64,000 bases of DNA from an uncultured Bacteroidia bacterium (GTDB taxonomy: Bacteria; Bacteroidota; Bacteroidia; Bacteroidales; F082). The stretch lies in assembly GCA_902794155.1 (NCBI GenBank), contig CADBGN010000007.1:19182-83181 (forward strand). The letters run 5' to 3'. Positions 51,160 through 59,151 of this stretch are shown piece by piece; positions within the stretch are counted from its first letter, which is position 1, and every line of letters begins with the position of its first letter. Both the position numbers and the translations under genes were made by a program. The notes below the pieces were generated by a model, which was given only the letters and a program-made list of their open reading frames with translations, did not search any database and was not told the origin of the DNA.

Positions 51160-51891
51160 ATGAAACCCATCTCGTTGGATGAGATGAGTGCTGTGAAGCT
51201 GATGAACCGCATCGACACCAAATATGTCGTGACGGAAGATCAGCTTCGCGCCATTTTGTTGGGAATACGCAACAGCTATTACGCCCAGGAGGTGGAAGGC
51301 CACCGCCTGTCGCCCTACAGTACGGTGTATTACGACACGCCCGAGCTGACGATGTACCTCATCCACCACGACCGCCATCTGGTGCGCGACAAGGTGAGGG
51401 TACGGACCTACGTCGACTCCCACCTGACCTTCTGCGAGGTGAAGCACAAGAACAACAAGGGACGCACGAAGAAGAAACGCATCGAGGTGGAACCCATTGC
51501 CAACATCATTGAGAATCCCGAGGCGGCTGCATTTTTGGCCAAGAAACAGCCCTATCCAGTGGAAACCTTGAGCCCGCATCTAGTCACCATCTTCGACCGT
51601 TTCACCTTGGTGAACTACGAAAAGACCGAACGTCTCACCATCGACTGCAACCTTCGCTTCGAGAACCTCCGCAACGGCAACACCGCTTCAATGGCACCTC
51701 TCGCTGTGATGGAACTCAAACAAGACGGTCGCGCCCACTCGCTGCTGAAAGACGTGCTCTTTGAATTGAGAATCAGACCGTTCAAGGTCAGCAAATACTG
51801 CATCGGCACCTGCCTGACCCGGCCCGAGGTGAAGCAGAACCGGTTTAAGAAAAAGCTTAGGAGAATAGAAAAACTGAAGACAAATAAATAA
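51160..51891 (+). CDS. VTC-domain (polyphosphate-polymerase-like triphosphate tunnel) protein
   Basis: RIDTKYVV, YSTVYYDTPELTMY, KVRVRTY and FCEVKHK fit the VTC/CYTH tunnel pattern. Confidence 0.8.
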   Translation: MKPISLDEMSAVKLMNRIDTKYVVTEDQLRAILLGIRNSYYAQEVEGHRLSPYSTVYYDTPELTMYLIHHDRHLVRDKVRVRTYVDSHLTFCEVKHKNNKGRTKKKRIEVEPIANIIENPEAAAFLAKKQPYPVETLSPHLVTIFDRFTLVNYEKTERLTIDCNLRFENLRNGNTASMAPLAVMELKQDGRAHSLLKDVLFELRIRPFKVSKYCIGTCLTRPEVKQNRFKKKLRRIEKLKTNK

Positions 51892-52000
51892 TTGCTTCTG
51901 GCTTTTGGCCTCTGGCCTCTGGCGGCTTCTCGAGAAGGAAGGACCTTCCTTTTGGTTGAAGCAGCCAAGAGCCAGTAGCCAAGAGCCAGTAGCCAAAAAG
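51892..52000. repeat. imperfect hairpin with periodic tggc-type arms and a central small hairpin
   Basis: ttgcttctggcttttggcctctggcctctggcggcttc ... gaagcagccaagagccagtagccaagagccagtagccaa. Centre is aaggaagg/ccttcctt. Confidence 0.65.
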
Positions 52001-52008
52001 ACAACAAT

Positions 52009-52737
52009 ATGAACCTACTACAAATCAACATGCAGGACTTTGACCCTGACATTGCGCGCGAGTTTGGAGGCGATGCCACGGCCATGGACTTCCTCGGCGT
52101 ACCGCTCTTTGATGCCCAAAGCCTGTGGACGACCTTGATCCGCTTCGTGTTCAACTTCCTTGTCTGCTGGGTCATCATCCACTGCTTCTACTACAAGAAA
52201 GCCAATCGCAAGGACTATTATTTCACCTTCCTCATGTTTGCCGTGGTCATCTTCCTCATCATCTCGTTGATGGAGAACATGAAGATGAACATCGCCTATG
52301 CCCTCGGCCTCTTTGCCATCTTTGGCATGATACGTTACCGAACGGAGACGATTAAAATCCGTGAAATGACTTATCTCTTTGTGGTGATGGGACTGAGTAT
52401 CGTCAATGGCATGGCACTCTCGACGAGCTATTCTGAACTGCTCATGGTCAACTTGCTGACGGTGGTGATCATTTGGCTGCTCGACGGGACGAAGTTGCTG
52501 AAACACACGGCCACGAAGATTATCTTGTACGACCGCATCGAGAACACCAAGCATGGCAAGGAGGAAGACTTGAAGGCTGACCTCATCGAGCGCACGGGCC
52601 TCGACATCTCGAAGGTGGAGGTGGGGCACATTGACTACCTGCGCGACGTGGCTTACGTGAAGGTGTACTACAAGCCCATCGATGGCGAAGTGAATACGAT
52701 CGATACGGTTACGAAACTGAAGGATTTTGATGTATAG
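52009..52737 (+). CDS. DUF4956-like integral membrane protein
   Basis: Several TM helices followed by a soluble C-terminal domain. Usual neighbour of VTC-domain genes in Bacteroidota. Confidence 0.75.
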   Translation: MNLLQINMQDFDPDIAREFGGDATAMDFLGVPLFDAQSLWTTLIRFVFNFLVCWVIIHCFYYKKANRKDYYFTFLMFAVVIFLIISLMENMKMNIAYALGLFAIFGMIRYRTETIKIREMTYLFVVMGLSIVNGMALSTSYSELLMVNLLTVVIIWLLDGTKLLKHTATKIILYDRIENTKHGKEEDLKADLIERTGLDISKVEVGHIDYLRDVAYVKVYYKPIDGEVNTIDTVTKLKDFDV

Positions 52738-52740
52738 ACT

Positions 52741-52809
52741 ATGGCTCATGGCAGATGGCCTATGGCTTACGAAAGTGCCAATAGGCCATAAGCCATAGCC
52801 AGAGGCCAT
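52741..52809. repeat. imperfect hairpin with periodic atggc-type arms
   Basis: atggctcatggcagatggcctatggctt / gccaataggccataagccatagccagaggccat. Confidence 0.6.
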
Positions 52810-52822
52810 CGTAAAAGGCTGT

Positions 52823-53503
52823 ATGAAGAAAACAATAACCATAGCAGTATTGCTGTTCCTAACAGTTGCCTCCTACGCGCAGAGCGAACGTACGACCGAC
52901 TTCGGCGGCATCGTCTCGACCGAGGTAGAGGCGGGCTTGGGCGGCCCTTTCGGATTGTCGGCAGAGGAGGAGTTGCGCTTCGACCATAACTTCTCGCAGC
53001 TCGACCGTTGGTTGAACTCGGTTGGAGTGGACTATACCTGCCTGCACAACCGCATGAACATCTGTCTCACCGCCGATTACGTCCGCCGTCACAACGACCG
53101 TGGCTATTACGAGAACCGTGGCCGTTTGGGCTTACAGGTGACCTACACCGAAGAATGGCGCCGCTTCAAGTTCCAGGTGCGCAGCAAGGCCATGGGCACC
53201 TTCTTCGATGAGCGCACGGGTGAACATCGTGTCAATCCAAGGCTGTATTGGCGCAACCGCGTGAAGGTGACTTATCAGCCCATGAACAGCCGTTGGAAAT
53301 ATGCGCTCTCCACGGAATTGTTCTGGCTCACCAACGACCCCAAGAAAGGCGGCCTTGACAACCTGCGCACTGTGCTCTCGGTGGACTACCGCCTTTCGAG
53401 ACGGTATTATCTCTCCGCCTTTGCCCGTATGGATAACGACCTTTGGGTGACTGTGCCCGTGGATAGGTTTTATGCCGGTTTGACGTTGAAGGCGAAATAC
53501 TGA
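52823..53503 (+). CDS. DUF2490-like outer-membrane beta-barrel protein
   Basis: Signal peptide. Alternating beta pattern ending ...AGLTLKAKY. Confidence 0.7.
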   Translation: MKKTITIAVLLFLTVASYAQSERTTDFGGIVSTEVEAGLGGPFGLSAEEELRFDHNFSQLDRWLNSVGVDYTCLHNRMNICLTADYVRRHNDRGYYENRGRLGLQVTYTEEWRRFKFQVRSKAMGTFFDERTGEHRVNPRLYWRNRVKVTYQPMNSRWKYALSTELFWLTNDPKKGGLDNLRTVLSVDYRLSRRYYLSAFARMDNDLWVTVPVDRFYAGLTLKAKY

Positions 53504-53541
53504 GTCTTAGTGCCATCCGTAAAATTACTCAAATTTTACTT

Positions 53542-53573
53542 AAAAGCCGTTTTTCTCACAAAACGGCTTTTTT
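53542..53573 (+). terminator. intrinsic terminator
   Basis: Perfect 12-bp stem aaaagccgtttt/aaaacggctttt with a T-run. Confidence 0.85.
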
Positions 53574-53627
53574 GTGTCACGGTTTTTGTATAGTTTTGTG
53601 CTCGGAAACCATAAAAATCTAATTAAT

Positions 53628-56600
53628 ATGAGTAATAGAATGAAAAAAATCGGCAGCATCGGCCTGTTGGCGGCCATGATGCTGCTTTGCTTCTTGCCCT
53701 CCTGTGGCAAGAAGGGGACCGGCGGACAGAATGCCGCTTTCGTGGAGCGCATCCAGCCCCTCAATGAGGCCTTGCTGCCGTTGCTCGACAGCTACACCTC
53801 GGGCGTGGTCGCCGCAGGCGAGCCCATTGTGGTGCGCTTCAAGAGTCCTGAGACGATGAAGGTGAAGTTTGGCGAGACCATTCCCGCCAAGGCCTTCCAA
53901 TTCACCCCTGCCCTGAAAGGCCAGGCCTATTGGGTCGACGAGAACACCGTCGGTTTCAAGTATGACAACATCGACAAGGAACAGAACTACATCTGTAAGT
54001 TTCATGTCTCCGATTTCGTGGATTGTGGCTCCGACCAAATGCTTGAGTTCGGCTTTGGCGTGCGCCGCCAGAACTTCAGCCTTGTCGCCCAGCAGCCCAT
54101 CTGCAACTCGAACGAGACGATGGACTATAACCTGCGTATCGCCTTTGCCGTGCCCGTCGATCAGGACGATGCCGTCAAACTGTTTGACGACGCCTTCCGC
54201 AACAGCCATCCTGTGGAGATTACTTATGCGGGTAACAACATCTATGACTTCTTGGTCCAGAACTTTGAGCGTAAGAACGACAACTATGACGTTCATGTGG
54301 TCCTCAATGGCAAGGCCGTCGACTCAAAAGCCAAGATGGAACGCGACCTGACCATTTATGCCAAGAATGTCTTCGTGCCCGTCGGTTTCGACGTCGACCA
54401 AACTTCTGATCATGCCACACTGCTTTTCAGCCAGCCTCTGAATGAGTCGCAGAATCTTACCGGTTTCATCACTACTCCGAGAAACTTGGGCTATAAGGCC
54501 GACATTAAGGGGAATAAGGTGGACTTCTATTTCGACAAGAGCAATGTCTATAGATATGAGTTGGACGAGTTGAAGATTGGCGTGAACAGCGGCATCCGCT
54601 CGGCCAATGGCATGGTGCTTCAAGAAGATTATGAGTATGCCCTCGACCTCACCGAGGTGCAGCCTAAAGTGCGTTGGACCGACGAAGGCGTCATCATCCC
54701 CAATGTGGATGAGACCACCGTCTATTTCGATGCCATCTGCCTCAATGGTGTGACGCTGAGAATCATTCGTATCTTCGACGACAACATCCTCTCGTTCTTG
54801 CAGGACAACGATTTGACCGAGACATACGGCGTCCGTAAGGCTGGCCGTCTGGAGAAGAAGGTGCGTTTGGCTATCGACAATCCCTATCCGAACCAGTGGA
54901 AGACGTTCCCCATCGTGCTCTCCGATTACATCAAGGTGGAGCCGGGTGCCATGTATCAGCTGAGCCTCAACTTCGGTCCTGCCGACTACACCTTTGCTAG
55001 TGACGAGATGAAGCTTGCTTTGACCGACAACAACGATGAGAAGGAAGCCCAATATTGGGATGGCGAGGCCTACGACTACAAGGAATACCGCTACGATGGC
55101 GAATACGGCGATCCCCACGGCTACTACTATTATAACTATGTGGAGAAAAAGAAGAATATCGTCGTCAGCGACCTCGCTGTGACTGCCAAGATGGGCCGTA
55201 ACGACCTGGTGGACGTCTTCGTCTTCAACATCTCCAATGCCAAGCCCGCTTCGGGTGCCGAGGTGACTGCCTACAACTACCAACGCCAAGAACTCAGCAA
55301 AGGCACTGTCGATGGCAAGGGCCATGTGCAACTGCAATGCGCCAACCGTCCCGCCTTCGTGGTGGCTGCCGACAGGAAGAGCAAGTCGGTGATTAAGCTG
55401 AACGATGGCAATGCCTTGTCTTACAGCCGCTTCAATGTTTCTGGTGAGTCCGTCGAGAAAGGAGTGACAGCCTTTGCCTACTCCAACCGTGGCGTGTGGC
55501 GTCCTGGCGACGAGCTGCAGCTCAACCTCATGCTCAACGACATGGAATCGTCGGTGCCGGATGACTATCCCGTCGTCCTCGAAGTGATCGATGCCAATGG
55601 TCGTCTCTATGCCAAGCAGGTGAACACCAAGCCTGTCAACGACATCTACTGCTTCAATGTGAAGACCAACGTGTCGGACGAAACGGGTCTGTGGACGGCT
55701 CGCTTCAAGGTGGGCACCAGCACCATCACGCAAAACCTCCGTGTGGAGACTGTGAAACCCAACCGGTTGGAAATCAAGATGGACTTGCCTGAGGTGGTGA
55801 GCCTCTCGCGCAACGAGCGCGCCGACCTGAACGCCAAATGGCTCAATGGACTGAAAGCCACTAACTTGAAAGCCGATGTCGACCTGATGCTGCGCGGCGG
55901 TGAGACTTCGTTCAAGAACTTTGCCAACTATTGTTTCGAGAACGAGACCCGAGGTTTCGAGCCTCAAGAGATTTCCCTTTTCAGTGGTCAACTGAATGCC
56001 GAAGGCAATGCTAGCGTGGGCTTTGGTCCTTTGGAGGATGTGTATGCCTCTCAGATGATGAACGGCACTTACGTGGTGAAGGTCTTCGAACAAGGCGGCG
56101 ACTTCAGCATCGCTTCGTTCACGTCGAAGATTTCGCCTTACGAGCGTTATGTGGGTGTGGAACTGCCCAAGACCCTTTCGAAATATGGCAGCTACTACGA
56201 CACCAACACGGACTGGAAGTTCAACATCGCTGTGGTCAACGAAAACGGTACGGCCTGCAATTCGTCGGTCGCCCTGGAGTACGCACTCTACAAGTTGGAT
56301 CATTACTGGTGGTGGTCGAGCGAGGATTACTACTCGCTGCAACGCTATGCCTCGGGCACTTATAAGGCCCCGTATGATAATGGTTATTTGACCTGTAACG
56401 GCACCACTTCGGTGACCTTCAACATCCCGAACGACAAATGGGGCAGCTATCTCCTCGTCGTTAACGACAAGCAGGGTGGACACACCTTCGCCAAGGTTAT
56501 CAACTTCGACTGGGGTTATGGCCACTCGTCAAGCGAATCGGGTGCTCCTGCACAGCTGTCGATGAAGACTTCAGCTGAGAACTACGAGGTGGGTGAGAAG

Positions 56601-59138
56601 ATCGTCGTCACCTTCCCCGCCAACGAGCAGGCCAAGGCCCTCGTCACCGTGGAAGCCAACGACCGTGTGCTTCAAAACATGCTGGTGGAGAACCTCGGCG
56701 AGGAAGGCAAGGTGGAAATCACCGCCACCGAGGAGATGATCCCGAATGTGTACATCTATGTGGCCCTGATTCAGCCGCATGATGCCAACAACGACCTGCC
56801 CATCCGTCTCTATGGCGTAGTGCCGGTGAAGGTGGAAAACAAGAAGCTGCAGCTGCAGCCCAACATCCAAATCCCCGAGACCACAAACACCAAGAAGAAG
56901 ATTGACGTGAAGGTGAGTGAAGCCGCCGGACAAGCCATGACCTACACCTTGGCCGTTGTCGATGAAGGCATCCTCGGTCTGACCAACTTCAAGACCCCGA
57001 ATCCTTACGGTTACTTCAACAGCAAGCAGGCCTTGAGCGTGCGCACTTGGGACAACTACGCCAGCATCGTCGATGCTTTCAGTGGTGAGTTGGGTTCCGT
57101 CTACGCCATCGGTGGTGATGGTGCTCTCGTCGCACAGGAAGTCACTCTGGACAAGCGCTTCAAGGCATACGCTGTCACTTTGGGCCCCTTCGAGCTGAAG
57201 GCTGGTGATACCAACACCCACAGCTTCGAAGTGCCGCAATGCTCTGGCGCCCTCCGCTTCATGGTGGTGGCCAAGGGCAAAGGCAAGGCTTTTGGCTCGG
57301 CTGACAAGAAGATGACCGTGGTCGACCCGATCAACCTCTTTGCCTCGGCACCGCGTGTGGTGGCACCTGGCGATGAGCTCAACCTCAAGGTGCAGGTGCA
57401 GGCTCCCAATATGAAGAACAAGACTCTGGAGGTGAAGTTCAATAACAAGAACCTCAACCCCGTGGAGGCTTTGCCGACTTCGGTGAAGATCGACGGCAAC
57501 GGAGAGGGCATCGTGGCTGTTAGAACGACCATTCCCAAGACCATGGGCAATGCCGAGTTGAACGTTTCGGTGACGGGCGACGGCTACACCGCTGAGTCAT
57601 CGACGCAGATGCCTATCCGCATGCCTTACGCTGAGCGCCGCAACACCATCACCAAGGACATCGAAGCCGGTCAGACGGTCACCGTGCCGTTCAACCTTGA
57701 AGGCATGGAGGGCACGCAGCAAGGCAACATCACCGTGTCGTCGCTGATGCCTGTCGACCTCTTCGGTCGCATCGACTACCTGATGGACTATCCGCACGGC
57801 TGCCTTGAACAGACTACCTCAAAGGCCTTCCCACAGCTCTATCTGAACTATTTCGTCCAACTTGACGACAAGGAGAAGGCAGATTTGAAGAACAACGTCG
57901 AAACGGCTATCACCAACCTGAAGTCGTACCAGAAGTCTGACAACTCGATGACCAACTGGCCCGGCGGTCGCTACACCGACCCGTGGACAGAAATCTACGC
58001 CCTGCATTTCTTGGTCGAAGCCAACAAGCAAGGCTACAACGTGCCGCAGTACTTCATGGATGGCCTTCTGAACTATCAGGCCGACCGCGCCAAGCAGTGG
58101 AGGAACAACCCCGACTACAAGCAGGGTGAGACCATCCAAGCCTATCGTCTCTTCGTGCTGGCACTCGCTGGCAAGGCGGAGATGGGCGCTATGAACCGCT
58201 TCAAGGAACTTGAGATGAATTATGACCTCACCAAGGCACTGGCCGCTGCTGCCTTTGCCCAGACGGGTAAGACCAGCATCGCACAAGGCTTGTTACCCAA
58301 GGCGACCGATGGTCAAGCCATGTCCGACTACTACACGTCCTTCGGCTCCAAGACCCGCGACCTCGCCTTCTTGACTTACGTCCAGATGCTTTGCGATGTC
58401 GACAAGCAGACGGTGCAGAACAACGTCAACAACGTGTGCCGCATGCTGAGCTCCAACCATTGGCTCGACACCCAGTCAACGTCGTTTGCCCTCTTCGTCT
58501 TGGGCAAGTACGCCGAGAAGATGAACGTGGCCAACACCAACCTCTCCGCCACCGTCAAGGTGAATGGCGAGGAGCGTGCGCTGAACACGAACATGGCTTC
58601 GGTGGGCTTTGGCTACACGCCGAAATTGGGCGACAACACGGTGGAGATCAAGAACAACACCGACCAAAAGATGGTGGCCAACCTCTACACCAAGACCTCG
58701 GTCGCCGAATACGACATGAATGAAGGCGGCAACCTGATCAAGATGTCGGTGAACTACACCGATAAGAATGGTGCTCCTGTCAACCTCTCGGCACTCACCG
58801 CTGGTACCGATGTGAAGGTGCAGATTACGGTGCAGAACCCGAGCGAGTGGCAAGTCACTGAGCTGGCACTGTCATACTACCTGCCTTCGGGCTGGGAGTT
58901 GGTCAACGACCGCCTGATGGGTGACATGACGGGCAATGAAGGCGCCAAGCACCTCGACCTGCGTGACGACCGTGCCTACTTCTACTTCGACCTCATGCCA
59001 GGCGCGAAGAAGACCTTCAACCTGAAGGCCAACGCCACCTACGAAGGCAACTACATGATTCCCGCCGTCCGCTGCGAGGATATGTATAACAACGAGATCT
59101 TCTATCAGATTCCCGCCCGTGGGTGTGTGGTGAAGTAA
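53628..59138 (+). CDS. alpha-2-macroglobulin family lipoprotein with an intact thioester motif
   Basis: Lipobox FLPSC. CLEQ thioester motif at 57801-57812 (YPHGCLEQTTS). About 1830 aa of MG-domain architecture. Confidence 0.93.
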   Translation: MSNRMKKIGSIGLLAAMMLLCFLPSCGKKGTGGQNAAFVERIQPLNEALLPLLDSYTSGVVAAGEPIVVRFKSPETMKVKFGETIPAKAFQFTPALKGQAYWVDENTVGFKYDNIDKEQNYICKFHVSDFVDCGSDQMLEFGFGVRRQNFSLVAQQPICNSNETMDYNLRIAFAVPVDQDDAVKLFDDAFRNSHPVEITYAGNNIYDFLVQNFERKNDNYDVHVVLNGKAVDSKAKMERDLTIYAKNVFVPVGFDVDQTSDHATLLFSQPLNESQNLTGFITTPRNLGYKADIKGNKVDFYFDKSNVYRYELDELKIGVNSGIRSANGMVLQEDYEYALDLTEVQPKVRWTDEGVIIPNVDETTVYFDAICLNGVTLRIIRIFDDNILSFLQDNDLTETYGVRKAGRLEKKVRLAIDNPYPNQWKTFPIVLSDYIKVEPGAMYQLSLNFGPADYTFASDEMKLALTDNNDEKEAQYWDGEAYDYKEYRYDGEYGDPHGYYYYNYVEKKKNIVVSDLAVTAKMGRNDLVDVFVFNISNAKPASGAEVTAYNYQRQELSKGTVDGKGHVQLQCANRPAFVVAADRKSKSVIKLNDGNALSYSRFNVSGESVEKGVTAFAYSNRGVWRPGDELQLNLMLNDMESSVPDDYPVVLEVIDANGRLYAKQVNTKPVNDIYCFNVKTNVSDETGLWTARFKVGTSTITQNLRVETVKPNRLEIKMDLPEVVSLSRNERADLNAKWLNGLKATNLKADVDLMLRGGETSFKNFANYCFENETRGFEPQEISLFSGQLNAEGNASVGFGPLEDVYASQMMNGTYVVKVFEQGGDFSIASFTSKISPYERYVGVELPKTLSKYGSYYDTNTDWKFNIAVVNENGTACNSSVALEYALYKLDHYWWWSSEDYYSLQRYASGTYKAPYDNGYLTCNGTTSVTFNIPNDKWGSYLLVVNDKQGGHTFAKVINFDWGYGHSSSESGAPAQLSMKTSAENYEVGEKIVVTFPANEQAKALVTVEANDRVLQNMLVENLGEEGKVEITATEEMIPNVYIYVALIQPHDANNDLPIRLYGVVPVKVENKKLQLQPNIQIPETTNTKKKIDVKVSEAAGQAMTYTLAVVDEGILGLTNFKTPNPYGYFNSKQALSVRTWDNYASIVDAFSGELGSVYAIGGDGALVAQEVTLDKRFKAYAVTLGPFELKAGDTNTHSFEVPQCSGALRFMVVAKGKGKAFGSADKKMTVVDPINLFASAPRVVAPGDELNLKVQVQAPNMKNKTLEVKFNNKNLNPVEALPTSVKIDGNGEGIVAVRTTIPKTMGNAELNVSVTGDGYTAESSTQMPIRMPYAERRNTITKDIEAGQTVTVPFNLEGMEGTQQGNITVSSLMPVDLFGRIDYLMDYPHGCLEQTTSKAFPQLYLNYFVQLDDKEKADLKNNVETAITNLKSYQKSDNSMTNWPGGRYTDPWTEIYALHFLVEANKQGYNVPQYFMDGLLNYQADRAKQWRNNPDYKQGETIQAYRLFVLALAGKAEMGAMNRFKELEMNYDLTKALAAAAFAQTGKTSIAQGLLPKATDGQAMSDYYTSFGSKTRDLAFLTYVQMLCDVDKQTVQNNVNNVCRMLSSNHWLDTQSTSFALFVLGKYAEKMNVANTNLSATVKVNGEERALNTNMASVGFGYTPKLGDNTVEIKNNTDQKMVANLYTKTSVAEYDMNEGGNLIKMSVNYTDKNGAPVNLSALTAGTDVKVQITVQNPSEWQVTELALSYYLPSGWELVNDRLMGDMTGNEGAKHLDLRDDRAYFYFDLMPGAKKTFNLKANATYEGNYMIPAVRCEDMYNNEIFYQIPARGCVVK

Positions 59139-59151
59139 AAATGTTTGAATA

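Noticed and set aside
52018-52842. 274-aa minus-strand ORF
   Set aside because: It is antisense to the DUF4956-like membrane protein gene and has no motif, so it is a shadow ORF.
54324-56525. 733-aa ORF on the minus strand
   Set aside because: It lies entirely antisense to the alpha-2-macroglobulin gene, which has clear family features. Its translation is low-complexity (rich in V, G, H, L and R) with no motif, so it is a typical shadow ORF.
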